From: Spirochaetaceae bacterium
Lineage (GTDB): Bacteria; Spirochaetota; Spirochaetia; DSM-2461
Assembly: GCA_965224705.1 (NCBI GenBank)
Contig: OZ245056.1
Location: 1,472,001-1,536,000 of the forward strand
Reading direction: 5' to 3'
DNA: 64,000 nucleotides
Below are positions 9,063 to 19,608 of the stretch, piece after piece. The translations under genes and the position numbers were made by a program. Each line of letters opens with the position of its first letter. The first letter of the stretch is position 1. Below the pieces are notes generated by a model. That model worked only from the letters and a program-made list of their open reading frames with translations, searched no databases and had not been told where the DNA came from.

Positions 9063-10887
9063 CTCCCCCAACATCGACGCTTCGACCCTGCGTAATCGGG
9101 CCTCCGAACTTGCCGAGAGGTTTGTGAAGGAGGAGACTCAGTTTCACCTTGGGTTTCTTCCAACGGAAAAATCCCACCCCGCTACCCAGAATTTCAGTTT
9201 CACCATTGCAAAGGATACCCTCGAAGGAATCCGGTGCCTCCTCGCGGTGGATGCGGACATTCCTCCTGTGGCCCGAAGAGTCTTTCGCTCGGACTCCTAC
9301 GATAAACTGGTGAATGCCATGGCCGCGGCGGGGCGGAACCACAATAAAATCTGCTTCTCCGGCTGCGGAAGCACCGGGAGATTGGCGGTGATGCTGGAGG
9401 CCATGTGGCGGCAGGCATGGGAAGACCGTGCCGGTCTGGAGCCTGGTGCGGCGGACAGTTCCAGGGACAGCCCCGATCCGGCCCTTCGGATGGCCAACCT
9501 CGGCAGAAGCATTATCACCGGGGGGGACAGGGCCCTGGTTCGATCCGTTGAGAACTTTGAAGACTTTCCCCAGTTCGGCGCCCGGCAGGCTGCCGAATTG
9601 GGCCTTGAAAAAGGAGACATCCTGATAGCCATGACCGAGGGGGGCGAGACGCCCTCGGTACTGGGAACGCTGGATCAAGCATTGAGCCGCGGCTGCCGGG
9701 TCTTTCTGGTTTTTAACAATCCCGCGGAGCTGCTGCGGGAACACATCGAACGTTCGCGGCATGCCATTGACAACCCGGAGGTTACCGTCCTCGACCTGTA
9801 CACCGGATCCATGGCTTTATCCGGTTCTACGCGTATGCAGGCAACGACCATTGAGATGCTCGTGGTCGGTGCCGCCGTGGAGGAGGCATTTTCGATTCTG
9901 GCCAACGAAAAGCCCCAGGATCGAGAATCACTGGCCGAAATCTTTGCAGCGATGCTCGGTGACCTGAATTCACCGGAGAATCTTCGCGTCATTGCCCGTT
10001 TGGCGGAGGGCGAGCGAAAGGCCTATTCCTCCGGCGGGCTGGTCACCTACTTTGCCCCGCACTGCCTGCTTGATTTATTCTGCGATACCAGTGAACGTAC
10101 TCCAACCTTCATGCTCCCCTGCTTCAGGGCTTCGGACGATCATTCATCGCCTTCATCCTGGGCCTATGCAAAAGACCCGACGCGGCCCAGTGACCAGGCG
10201 TGGCGTGCTATGCTTCGACGCTCCCCGCGGGGACTTGGGTGGCAAAGCCCGGACTACCGGGCCATGGGGGCTCCTTCCGGCTTCGTCGATAATCCACCCT
10301 CCCTTGGAATCCGGGAGATCGCCCGCTACGCCATAGGATCGGAGGCGGATTCATCGAGGCCCCGGGAGGCCCCGAATTGGTGGCTCCAGGTAGCCGGAGC
10401 CGACTGGCCTCCTGGCGGTCTTCAGGGTGTCGATACCCTCTGGCTGGGGGGGCCGGTAAAACCGGAGGCAGAGTTTTACCCTGGCAGGACCCTGGCGGCG
10501 GAAGAGTTTGAGTTTAGAAACAGGGGGGATTTTTTAGAGGGCCCCTCAGGAATCCCCACAACCTATAGGATGGGAGTGAACATCGAAGACAGCCCCATTG
10601 CCCTGTGGCAGCATATTCTGATAAAGCTCCTTTTCAACACCCTCAGCACCGCCACCATGGGACTCATGGGCAGAATACGGGGCAACTGGATGATACAGCT
10701 CAATCCAACCAATAAGAAGCTCATCGACCGGGGAAGCCGAATTGTGGCCCATCTGGCCGGGATCGACTACCCTTCGGCATGTATGGAATTATACCTTTCC
10801 ATTCTCTCCCAATCATCTTTGGAATCTGGTGGAGATCGGGCAACGACCTCTCCCGTGGCGGCGGCCCTCCAGCGTCTTGGATGTTGA
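9055..10887 (+). CDS. MurQ/glucokinase-regulator-like double SIS-domain protein
   Basis: LPTEKSHP, GCGSTGRL, GGDRAL...ENFED, SGSTRM, K..LNTLSTATM..MGRIRGNWM..LNPTNKKL.DRG motifs. ATG 9055 overlaps the namZ stop. Confidence 0.75.
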   Translation: MTDSPNIDASTLRNRASELAERFVKEETQFHLGFLPTEKSHPATQNFSFTIAKDTLEGIRCLLAVDADIPPVARRVFRSDSYDKLVNAMAAAGRNHNKICFSGCGSTGRLAVMLEAMWRQAWEDRAGLEPGAADSSRDSPDPALRMANLGRSIITGGDRALVRSVENFEDFPQFGARQAAELGLEKGDILIAMTEGGETPSVLGTLDQALSRGCRVFLVFNNPAELLREHIERSRHAIDNPEVTVLDLYTGSMALSGSTRMQATTIEMLVVGAAVEEAFSILANEKPQDRESLAEIFAAMLGDLNSPENLRVIARLAEGERKAYSSGGLVTYFAPHCLLDLFCDTSERTPTFMLPCFRASDDHSSPSSWAYAKDPTRPSDQAWRAMLRRSPRGLGWQSPDYRAMGAPSGFVDNPPSLGIREIARYAIGSEADSSRPREAPNWWLQVAGADWPPGGLQGVDTLWLGGPVKPEAEFYPGRTLAAEEFEFRNRGDFLEGPSGIPTTYRMGVNIEDSPIALWQHILIKLLFNTLSTATMGLMGRIRGNWMIQLNPTNKKLIDRGSRIVAHLAGIDYPSACMELYLSILSQSSLESGGDRATTSPVAAALQRLGC

Positions 10888-10907
10888 AGACTCCCAGGGG
10901 TTTTTGC

Positions 10908-12092
10908 TTGAATAACAGCATTCTGGAAATAGATATTGGAACACTGCAGGAGAATATGGCACGGATAGTCGAAGTCGCTGGCGCTTCCTGTAGGGTTGCC
11001 GCCGTGGTAAAGGCGGATGCCTATGGTTTGGGTGCGGCGGGAATTGCCCCTGCCCTTATATCCCGGGGGGCCTCCATGCTGGCGGTTGCCCGCTGCGGTG
11101 AGGCATTGGAGTTAAAGAGGATCCACCCTGGTTTGGTGAATATCCTGATAATGGGGCTTTGCGGAGATGATGAGCTGGAGAAAGCCTGCGGTAACAACTT
11201 TATAATAACCATAGACAGCTGCAGACAGGCAAAACTGCTATCCGACATGGCCGTGAAAAAAAACCTCAAAGCCAATATTCACATTAAAATTGATACGGGC
11301 TTCAACCGCCTCGGTTTGAAAACCTCGGATCCGAAGGCTGTGGATGAATACAGGATGATATGCTCCCTTCCCCGCCTGAAGGTGGGGGGCGCTTTCAGCC
11401 ACCTTGGACTTGAAAGCTTTGAATCCGACAAAGAGCAGATGGACCGGCTTCAGCGATTTTTTGATAAGCTGGAATTTGAAAACCTGCCTATCGGGTTGAA
11501 ACACGTATGCGACAGTATTGGGTTTGTCCGTTATCCCCAGTACAGGCTGGACATGGTTCGGATAGGGGCACTCTTATACGGAATGAAGCCCGTCGAAACT
11601 TCCCTGACAGATGATCTTGATCTGCGGTTTCCCCTTCGGTGGAAATGTCCTGTGATCAGAATAGCAAGGCTTAAAGGGGGTGAGGGGGTCGGCTATAATT
11701 ACAGCTGGAGGGCCCCTCCGGAAGGCGCTCTGATAGCCACTCTGCCGGTAGGCTATGCCGATGGCTATCGCCGCCTCCTGTCCAATAGGGGGGAGGTCCT
11801 GCTTAAGGGGAAGAGGTGCTCCGTGGTAGGCTTGATCTGTATGGATCAGATGGTAATTGATATTTCCGCTGTTCCCGGCGCAGATTTGAATGATACCGTA
11901 ACCCTGCTGGGAAGGGATGAGACGGGTCATGAAATATCTGCTATTGAAATGGCGGAATGGGCTGGAACCAATAGAAATGAAATTCTTTCTTCTATCGGGC
12001 GGCGGGTTGAACGGCATTATGTAAGGAGCGGCAGGGTGGAAGCCCTTTTGAACTACCTGAATTCACCTCCTTATAAAAGGGTTGATCTATGA
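10908..12092 (+). CDS. alr: Alanine racemase
   Basis: AVVKADAYGLG, HIKIDTGFNRLG, PVGYADGY, GLICMDQ motifs; TTG start inferred. Confidence 0.92.
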   Translation: MNNSILEIDIGTLQENMARIVEVAGASCRVAAVVKADAYGLGAAGIAPALISRGASMLAVARCGEALELKRIHPGLVNILIMGLCGDDELEKACGNNFIITIDSCRQAKLLSDMAVKKNLKANIHIKIDTGFNRLGLKTSDPKAVDEYRMICSLPRLKVGGAFSHLGLESFESDKEQMDRLQRFFDKLEFENLPIGLKHVCDSIGFVRYPQYRLDMVRIGALLYGMKPVETSLTDDLDLRFPLRWKCPVIRIARLKGGEGVGYNYSWRAPPEGALIATLPVGYADGYRRLLSNRGEVLLKGKRCSVVGLICMDQMVIDISAVPGADLNDTVTLLGRDETGHEISAIEMAEWAGTNRNEILSSIGRRVERHYVRSGRVEALLNYLNSPPYKRVDL

Positions 12093-13276
12093 CGGAAACG
12101 GAGCTTAAGAAACTTCTTGGGGACATCAAGAAACACGAAAAATTTATAATTGGACTGAGGAGAGAACTTCACAGAATTCCAGAACTGGGACTTGATGAAA
12201 AGGAGACTTCCGGCCTTATCCGGAAAACACTCTCAGCCCTGAATATTGAATACACCTCCAGGGACACCGCTGTGACCGCAGTTATAAGGGGAAAATCCGA
12301 AACCCCTGTCGTAGGGCTCAGGGCGGACATTGACGGCCTTCCGATTCATGAGAAAACAGGACTGAGTTTTTCCTCTGTTAACCCAGGGAAGATGCATGCC
12401 TGCGGCCATGACGGACATACCGCCATACTGCTCGGGGCTGCGAAATGGTTTTCAGACAACCAGGACAAACTTAAAGGGACCGTTAAATTATTCTTTCAAC
12501 CCGCAGAGGAGTCTGTCGGTGGGGCCGAGGAGATGATAAAAAATGGCGATCTGGAGAATCCCACCGTTAATAAGATTTTCGGTCTTCATGTAATGCCCTA
12601 TCTCAAACCGGGCTTTGTGGAAGTGAAAAAGGGGGTTTTAAACGGTTGTAGTTCAAACATATCGATAGATATAAATGGGGTATTAGGACATGGGGCCTAT
12701 CCGGAAACCGCCGTTGATGCGGTGATGGTTGCCGCCCAGGTTGTTAGCGGGGCCCATACCCTGGTCAGCCGCCGAGTTTCGCCCCTGGAGCAGGCTGTTA
12801 TTAGCTTCGGGATAATTGAAGGGGGGAAGGCCCAGAATATTATTGCCGATAGAGTATCCATCCGGGGGACAATGCGTGCCGCCGATGAGAAAGTCAGGGA
12901 TCAACTCATCGTACGGCTTAAGGATCTTGTTAAGCATACATGTGCCGCCCATGGAGCTGTCGGGGAGATCGATATCTCCTACGGCTATCCCACCCTCATC
13001 AATAACAGCGAAGAGACAGAACGAATCGCAAGAATTGCGGGGCGGATGCTCGGAAAAGAAGCCGTCCACTGGAAAGAATCCCCAAGCCTGGGAGTCGAGG
13101 ATTTCGCATTCTTCCTCAAGGAGAGGCCCGGAGCCTTCTATCATGTCGGCTGCGGTTTTGGCCAAGGAAGGGAGTGCCGCCTCCATTCCTCCGATTTTCT
13201 TCTCAATGAGGATTGCCTTATTGTGGGAACCGCCATGCAGACTGCCCTGGCCCTTGATGTATTTGATAATGGCTGA
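12089..13276 (+). CDS. M20D amidohydrolase
   Basis: LHRIPELG, LRADIDGLP, MHACGHDGH, FQPAEE, EDF motifs. Confidence 0.9.
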   Translation: MTETELKKLLGDIKKHEKFIIGLRRELHRIPELGLDEKETSGLIRKTLSALNIEYTSRDTAVTAVIRGKSETPVVGLRADIDGLPIHEKTGLSFSSVNPGKMHACGHDGHTAILLGAAKWFSDNQDKLKGTVKLFFQPAEESVGGAEEMIKNGDLENPTVNKIFGLHVMPYLKPGFVEVKKGVLNGCSSNISIDINGVLGHGAYPETAVDAVMVAAQVVSGAHTLVSRRVSPLEQAVISFGIIEGGKAQNIIADRVSIRGTMRAADEKVRDQLIVRLKDLVKHTCAAHGAVGEIDISYGYPTLINNSEETERIARIAGRMLGKEAVHWKESPSLGVEDFAFFLKERPGAFYHVGCGFGQGRECRLHSSDFLLNEDCLIVGTAMQTALALDVFDNG

Positions 13277-13319
13277 CTCCTTTGCAAAGGAAGTGCGGCC
13301 AGAAGCCGGTGAATCTTAA

Positions 13320-13334
13320 AAGTCCGACAGACTC
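13320..13334. repeat. Solo MITE-A/IS1182 terminal repeat
   Basis: AAGTCCGACAGACTC with no partner end. Confidence 0.7.
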
Positions 13335-13365
13335 TTTGGGTTCATCTTTTGGAGGAGGGATCACT

Positions 13366-14652
13366 ATGAAATCACCCTGTGAAGTTCGCAATGGACAGTT
13401 GTATTTTGAAGACTGTAGAGCGGAAGATATGGCCCAAAAATATGGAACACCTCTCTACCTCATGTCTGAAACCTTCATGGAGGCAAGGATTGACGAGATA
13501 AAAAGGAAATTCATAGATAAATACCCCGAAGTTCAGGCGGTTTATGCGAGTAAGGCGTTTCAGACTCTCCAGATGTGCCGAATGATCTCCGAATCGGGGC
13601 TTGGACTCGATGTCGTTTCCGGCGGAGAACTTTACACGGCCCTGAAGGCGGGAGTTGATCCGAGAAAAATCTATTTTCATGGTAACGCAAAAACCGATGA
13701 GGAACTTCTATATGCCGTAAAGGCCGGGGTGGGAAGACTCGTTGTTGATAGCCTGGATGAACTAAAAGCCCTCGAAGCAATTGCCCGAGAGGAAGACAAA
13801 AGGGTATCCATTTTATTCCGGATAACCCCCGGCGTGGACAGCCGTACCCATGGGTACATCTCAACCGCTGGTGTCGATTCAAAATTTGGCATTCCCCTCC
13901 AGAAGGACACCAGGAATCGTTACATAATCAAAGCAATGGAATGTTCCCATATAGTCCTTAGGGGATTCCATTTTCATGTGGGATCTCAGCTAATGGAGAA
14001 TGTCTCCCACCTGATGGCCCTTGATATTCTGATCAGATTACTCAAAGATGTGAAGGAGGAACTTGGATTTCCAACGGAAGAAGTGAACCTGGGAGGCGGA
14101 TTTGGCGTTCGGTATACAAAAAACGACAAACCCCAGCCATTTGAACATTTTACCGATCCATTGATGCTCAGGCTCACAGAGCAGTGCAGGAGATACGGAC
14201 TGATGCGTCCCGGGGTAACGATAGAACCGGGGCGGTGGATTACGGCGGAAGCCGGAATAACCCTGTACCGAATTTGCTCGGTAAAAAAGATACCCGGAAT
14301 AAAAACCTGGGTTTCCGTTGACGGCGGCATGGGAGATAATATTAGACCGGCGCTGTACCAGGCGGAATATGAAGCCTCCCTTGTGGACAGGGCGGGGAAG
14401 GAGGGAAATACCCCCTGCTCCATTGCCGGAAGATACTGTGAAAGTTCGGATGTTCTTATCCCTGAGGCGAATCTTCCAGATCCCGCGAGAGGAGATGTTC
14501 TGGCCGTTTATGCAACCGGGGCCTACAACTTTTCCATGGCCAGCAGCTACAATCGAGTGAGAAAACCGGCGGTTGTCCTGGTAAAAGGCGATAGACATAG
14601 GATGAGTGTAAAAGGGGAAACCTACGAGGACATAGTAGCCAGAGATGTTTGA
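13366..14652 (+). CDS. lysA: Diaminopimelate decarboxylase
   Basis: YASKAF, DVVSGGEL, HFHVGSQ, EPGR, DGGMGDNIRPALY, CESSD, GAYNFSMASSYN; GGAGG RBS. Confidence 0.95.
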   Translation: MKSPCEVRNGQLYFEDCRAEDMAQKYGTPLYLMSETFMEARIDEIKRKFIDKYPEVQAVYASKAFQTLQMCRMISESGLGLDVVSGGELYTALKAGVDPRKIYFHGNAKTDEELLYAVKAGVGRLVVDSLDELKALEAIAREEDKRVSILFRITPGVDSRTHGYISTAGVDSKFGIPLQKDTRNRYIIKAMECSHIVLRGFHFHVGSQLMENVSHLMALDILIRLLKDVKEELGFPTEEVNLGGGFGVRYTKNDKPQPFEHFTDPLMLRLTEQCRRYGLMRPGVTIEPGRWITAEAGITLYRICSVKKIPGIKTWVSVDGGMGDNIRPALYQAEYEASLVDRAGKEGNTPCSIAGRYCESSDVLIPEANLPDPARGDVLAVYATGAYNFSMASSYNRVRKPAVVLVKGDRHRMSVKGETYEDIVARDV

Positions 14653-14662
14653 GATCGCCTCA

Positions 14663-14685
14663 TGAGGCGTAAGTCCGACAGGCTC
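14663..14685. repeat. Solo MITE-A end
   Basis: TGAGGCGTAAGTCCGACAGGCTC followed by CTGG. Confidence 0.75.
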
Positions 14686-14724
14686 CTGGATCTGACCGGA
14701 AACAGTTTTACTCACAGGGTCGGA

Positions 14725-15174
14725 CTAATCAAGAATCCGATAATCCACCATTTCAGCTCGAGGAGTACCATCCGTACCGCCGATAAGTCGGCATACAATG
14801 AGTAATTGACGGCCTGGAGGGATGTAATCCGCTGTTGGTTTTCCGGGCCGTGTCGAGGGAAATACATCCAGCCAGGATTCTCCCCTGAACAGGATCTGGC
14901 AGGCATAGGAACGAACCTCCCTGGTGCCTATCCAGGCTCCCCCCAGAAGTGTAACCCATACATTTATACCCGCAGCGGTTTCTTCAATATATGAGTCACC
15001 AACGACACCCTCCAGGATAACCAATCGCTGAGATTGAACTGCTTCTTCTACAAGGGCAGGATCTTCCAATGAAGATAACACAAAATCAAAATCTACAATT
15101 TCGCTGAATGATTGTCCCCAGGAAAAAAGAGGAAAGGAAAGAAGGATTGTTGCAAAAAGGGCTTTCACAGGCAT
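14725..15174 (-). CDS. Hypothetical secreted protein
   Basis: 149-aa ORF with a signal peptide. Confidence 0.7.
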   Translation of the reverse strand: MPVKALFATILLSFPLFSWGQSFSEIVDFDFVLSSLEDPALVEEAVQSQRLVILEGVVGDSYIEETAAGINVWVTLLGGAWIGTREVRSYACQILFRGESWLDVFPSTRPGKPTADYIPPGRQLLIVCRLIGGTDGTPRAEMVDYRILD

Positions 15175-15244
15175 CTCAGATTCTTATAATAATTGAAAAG
15201 AATTGAAATATCAACTCCTTGAGAGCACAGGGATGTCTGATAAA

Positions 15245-15274
15245 TTGACATTCATACAGCGGACAAGTTACAAT
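15245..15274 (+). promoter_or_regulatory. Sigma70-type promoter, leaderless arrangement
   Basis: TTGACA-N18-TACAAT, ending 6 nt before ATG 15281. Confidence 0.6.
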
Positions 15275-15280
15275 TAAATT

Positions 15281-15799
15281 ATGAAGGATGTCAAAATAGA
15301 TATTCACATGAGGAAAACGGATCCTATTCCTGATGGCCTGGTGTTAAAGATTGAGGGTCAAATCAGTACATCCAACGCCCTTCAATTTCAGAAAAAAGTG
15401 ATTGAAGCGATGGGGTTTGATTTCGTGTATCTGTTTTTCGACTGCAGGAAACTATCATCGATTTCCAGCTCAGGAATTGGAGCGTTTGCATATATTCAGG
15501 ATTTGGTGAGCGAAAAAGATGGGAGAATGATTCTTTGTGGGCTGCCCCATAAAGTCTCCCGTCTGTTCAATCTTCTTGGGTTCAGTGAGTATTTTATCTA
15601 CTGCAGCAACATTGGTGAAGCAATCGAGAAACACTACAAAGAAGTTATAAATCTGGTTGACGACTACGTATTCCCTGTGATTTTCCGCTGTCCGGGTTGT
15701 TCACGAAAACAAAAGGCTACTGAGATGGGAGAATTTCAATGTGCTGACTGTAAAACAGCCCTCATCGTGGAGGAAACAGGTGATATCCATCTTAAATGA
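15281..15799 (+). CDS. STAS anti-sigma-factor antagonist with C-terminal Zn ribbon
   Basis: LSSISSSGIGAF STAS motif; CPGC...CADC. Confidence 0.85.
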   Translation: MKDVKIDIHMRKTDPIPDGLVLKIEGQISTSNALQFQKKVIEAMGFDFVYLFFDCRKLSSISSSGIGAFAYIQDLVSEKDGRMILCGLPHKVSRLFNLLGFSEYFIYCSNIGEAIEKHYKEVINLVDDYVFPVIFRCPGCSRKQKATEMGEFQCADCKTALIVEETGDIHLK

Positions 15800-15805
15800 T
15801 TCAAG

Positions 15806-15965
15806 GAGTCTGTCGGACTTTAAGGCTCGAGGCGATTTTTGATGATTTTTTCCTGATGCAAGGCGACAAAAACGGAGCGTAGCTGGGCTACGTGAGTATT
15901 TTGGCAACGCGGCAACAGGGAAAAGGGGCAAAAATCGAGCCGTGAGGCGGAAGTCCGACAGACTC
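15806..15965. mobile_element. MITE family A, 160 bp
   Basis: 15-bp TIRs and a perfect CAAG target duplication. Confidence 0.92.
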
Positions 15966-15976
15966 CAAGATCTGAG

Positions 15977-17614
15977 TCAAATCTGCAATCTCTCATGGTG
16001 TCCGCCATACATTTTGTCCCTGAGTAATGCTATATCCTGATTTTCAAGGTACTCTTCGAATTTCATTCGACGATCAATAATGCCCTCAGGTGTGAATTCG
16101 ATGATACGATTTGCAATGGTGTTGATGAACTGGTGGTCGTGGCTGGCAAAAACAATCGTACCGGAAAACTCAATGAGGCCATTGTTCAAACTGGTAATGG
16201 TTTCCAGATCCAGGTGACCGGTGGGATCATCGAGAACAAGGACATTGGCCTGACTGAGCATCATTTTTGACAGTAGACATCGGATCTTCTCTCCTCCCGA
16301 CAGTACTCTTACCTTCTTCAGAGATTCGTCCTGCGTAAAAAGCATGCGGCCAAGGAAACTTCGGATATAGGTTTCATCCTGTTCTTCTGAATACTGACGA
16401 AGCCAGTCGATGAGATTCATCTTGTTATCAAAAAAAGACTGATTCTCTTTTGGGAAGTAATCAACAGTGGCCGTAACACCCCATTTGAAACTGCCGGAAT
16501 CCGGCTTTGAATCACCAGCAATGATATCCATAAAAGTGGTTTTAGCCAGGTTATTCGGCCCGACGAAACCGACTTTGTCACCTCCCTGAAGGTTCAGATC
16601 CCAATCCTTGAAAAGAACGTCCCCATTCAGAGATTTAGTGAGTTTTTCGGTTTCCAATACAACCTTCCCCAATGCCCGCTCTGGAGAAAATCCGCAATAG
16701 GGGAATCGTCGGGAGCTTTTTGGCAGGCTGTCAAGATCAAGCTTTTCCAGTTCCTTCATTCGACTTGTCGCCTGACGGCTTTTAGCCACATTCGCTGCAA
16801 ATCGCTGAATAAATGCCTTGAGTTCTGCTGCACGGACTTCCGCTTTTTTGCGCTGATCTTTCTGCTGCTGTGCTATAAGCTGACTTGCCTGCTGCCAGAA
16901 TGAGTAATTCCCCATGTAAAGGCTGATCTTATTGAAGTCAATATCAGCGATATGAGTACAAACCTTGTTAAGAAAATGTCTGTCATGGCTTACAACGATA
17001 ACAGTGTTATTGAACTTCAGCAGAAATTCTTCCAGCCATTGAATTGATTCTATGTCCAGGTGATTCGTTGGCTCATCAAGGAGAAGGATGTCTGGATTAC
17101 CGAACAAGGCCTGGGCGATAAGAACTCGTACCTTGATGCTTTCATCCACTGAGCCCATCAGGTTATCGTGGAAACTATCATCAATCCCCAGCCCTGCGAG
17201 TAGAATGGCGGCTTCACTTTCAGCTTCATACCCTCCCATCTCAGCAAATTCACCCTCAAGTTCTGCAACTCTCATGCCCTCTTCATCGGTCATACTGGTT
17301 TTGGAATAGATCTTCTCCCTCTCTTTCATTACCGAGTAAAGTTTTTCATATCCTGAAATTACAGCGTAAAGGATCGAGTAGTCATCAAAAGCATCTCGCC
17401 GCTGAGCCAGAACAGCCATGCGCAAATTGTCCGGGATATGAATCTGCCCGGAATCATATTCCTGTTCTCCTGAAAGGATGTTGAGAAAAGTTGACTTCCC
17501 GGAACCATTTGCGCCGATTAAGCCATAACAGTTCCCGGGAGTAAATTTGATATTCACATTTTTGAACAACAGCCGTTTCCCGAAAGAAAGACTGACATCT
17601 GAAACTGTAAGCAT
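15977..17614 (-). CDS. ABC-F family ATP-binding protein (YbiT/YkpA-like)
   Basis: Two ABC domains (GANGSGKST, LLLDEPTNHLD, LSGGEK) and no TM segments. Confidence 0.92.
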   Translation of the reverse strand: MLTVSDVSLSFGKRLLFKNVNIKFTPGNCYGLIGANGSGKSTFLNILSGEQEYDSGQIHIPDNLRMAVLAQRRDAFDDYSILYAVISGYEKLYSVMKEREKIYSKTSMTDEEGMRVAELEGEFAEMGGYEAESEAAILLAGLGIDDSFHDNLMGSVDESIKVRVLIAQALFGNPDILLLDEPTNHLDIESIQWLEEFLLKFNNTVIVVSHDRHFLNKVCTHIADIDFNKISLYMGNYSFWQQASQLIAQQQKDQRKKAEVRAAELKAFIQRFAANVAKSRQATSRMKELEKLDLDSLPKSSRRFPYCGFSPERALGKVVLETEKLTKSLNGDVLFKDWDLNLQGGDKVGFVGPNNLAKTTFMDIIAGDSKPDSGSFKWGVTATVDYFPKENQSFFDNKMNLIDWLRQYSEEQDETYIRSFLGRMLFTQDESLKKVRVLSGGEKIRCLLSKMMLSQANVLVLDDPTGHLDLETITSLNNGLIEFSGTIVFASHDHQFINTIANRIIEFTPEGIIDRRMKFEEYLENQDIALLRDKMYGGHHERLQI

Positions 17615-17643
17615 GAGTTTTCTCCTTATGTTCTATTTTGAAT

Positions 17644-19608
17644 CTAATCCAATGCGGCAAGAAATCCCTGCATTTCATCTTCTGCTTCCCGGACAAATTT
17701 CTCCAACAGTTCATCCTGAGAATACGTTATGAATTTACCCAGCGTACTTGATGCATCAGAATCGATATCCCGGTTGTGCCGTGCATAGGTGGATTGATAA
17801 AATGCCAGTTTCTTCTCCGGGTTAATACCATAGTTTAAAATCGTCCGGGCACCATCCTGAAGAAGATTCAGTTTGACCAGCAGATCATCATCCGAATCAA
17901 CCGACCAGACTCCCAGGTAAATCGGATTGTTGTTAATCGTCATATCTCCAACAAACTCCCCCCGCAAAACGGAATTACGATCACTGCCGAGATATCCTAC
18001 AAAGTCCAGATGCTCGGCCAGTTTCCTGTCGGTGGCCAGGAAATCTCCTGTCGAGGGATTCAAGGTGAAAATGATAACTTTGTCCAGTGATTGTCCATAG
18101 CTTTTTAGCTGAACATCTCTGTATTCGGCAAGGTTAACATGTTTTTCAAGTTCTGCACGCCTATTTGCCACCTGACGTGCCGTCGTGGACAGCCAGGTAT
18201 TCAGCGCTGGATGTTCTCCCTTCCATTCGCTTACCCGGGATTCAAGCTGTTTTTCATCAATGCTTTTCTGCCAATAGGAGAGGACAACTCTAAAGAGATC
18301 CCGAAGGTTGTGTTGACGGCTGAAGCGTTCCAGGAGTTCATAAAGAAAGATTTCCTTCTTGCGTAATCGCCATATAGCCGTAACAATATCCGTACGAGAG
18401 GATTCACTGTTGATAACAATTTCCTCAGCAAGGCCCTGAAGTTCGTGAAACCGCCGCTGCAGCGAAGAGAATCGCTTCGTCAATCCAAGGGCAGATCGCT
18501 CAAATCGGATTGTCCAGGTCGTCCCCACACCTGTTTGACTCTCTACTTTCAGGCGGTCAGGGCCAAAAATACTCCACACCTGAACCGTACCGAACCCTTC
18601 ACCCTTACCGGCCGTTTTGGTTGATTTCCCAATGAAAGCCGGCATTCCTTTCTCGTCGCATTCAAGTAACGCTTCAGGTATTCCATGGCCATTGTCTGAT
18701 ATTCTCAGCAGCACGGCATCATTTCCCTCATTGGTCAGGGAGATGGATAACCGTCCGGGTCTATCTCCCCCCTCCATGGCATCTATCGAGTTGGAAGCAA
18801 GATTGACCAATGCCCGGCTTATATTCAGCCAGTGACCCAGTACGGTGGGTTTTGGGGCCGAAAGAGTAATCACCAGTTCTATTTCTGACCCACATGCTTC
18901 AATGTAGGGAACAAGGCGTTCCAGAATCAACTCCTGAATATTGACTTCATGGGCCATGGCCATGGAATCTCGGTATGTATTGAGCATATTCACCAGAGAG
19001 GTGGTTTCACGGTTGATATCTTCAATAATTCGTCCGGCATTTTCCGGTGCCAGGGCATTGACCATGGCATTGAGAGAACTCAACACCTTGCGGGCATCAT
19101 GCCGGGTCCGTCCAATTTCATCGGCAGCGGGTGCCTTGCGGGATTCAGAACCAATATTCTTGAGGATGGCCTCCCGAGACGCAGTGAGTCGATAGTAAAC
19201 CATGTTTCGGTAAACGATGTTGTCTTCAGGATCGAAACCCTTATTCTGGAAAAATTCCAGCGTTTCGTGCTGTTTCTCCCAGACATAGAGATAAATCTGT
19301 GATTTTTCTGGAATCTTTTCAGCCAGATGTTCAATAAAGGAAGTTCCAATGCCTCTGCCCCGGCCATAGGGGCTGGTTACAAGCTTGTAGATCAAATACT
19401 CGGATCCATCGGATGAAACATAGGTAAGGATGTATCCAAGGATTTCACCTTCCTCAATCCAGGCAAAGCTGTGTTCACGGTCTTTCCGCGCGGAGGCATC
19501 TTTTATATAAGGCGATGGAATGATGAATGTATCAATATTGAGCAGGGGATTTGTATGAATCCGCTTTTCAATCTCCGGGGTGAGTATAACTATGTTTTCA
19601 TATTTCAT
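17644..19608 (-). CDS. GNAT acetyltransferase-histidine kinase/HATPase fusion protein
   Basis: RGRGIG acetyl-CoA motif, H-box-like RHDARK, N-box NLASNSIDAM, DNGHG, GEGFG. Confidence 0.75.
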   Translation of the reverse strand: MKYENIVILTPEIEKRIHTNPLLNIDTFIIPSPYIKDASARKDREHSFAWIEEGEILGYILTYVSSDGSEYLIYKLVTSPYGRGRGIGTSFIEHLAEKIPEKSQIYLYVWEKQHETLEFFQNKGFDPEDNIVYRNMVYYRLTASREAILKNIGSESRKAPAADEIGRTRHDARKVLSSLNAMVNALAPENAGRIIEDINRETTSLVNMLNTYRDSMAMAHEVNIQELILERLVPYIEACGSEIELVITLSAPKPTVLGHWLNISRALVNLASNSIDAMEGGDRPGRLSISLTNEGNDAVLLRISDNGHGIPEALLECDEKGMPAFIGKSTKTAGKGEGFGTVQVWSIFGPDRLKVESQTGVGTTWTIRFERSALGLTKRFSSLQRRFHELQGLAEEIVINSESSRTDIVTAIWRLRKKEIFLYELLERFSRQHNLRDLFRVVLSYWQKSIDEKQLESRVSEWKGEHPALNTWLSTTARQVANRRAELEKHVNLAEYRDVQLKSYGQSLDKVIIFTLNPSTGDFLATDRKLAEHLDFVGYLGSDRNSVLRGEFVGDMTINNNPIYLGVWSVDSDDDLLVKLNLLQDGARTILNYGINPEKKLAFYQSTYARHNRDIDSDASSTLGKFITYSQDELLEKFVREAEDEMQGFLAALD

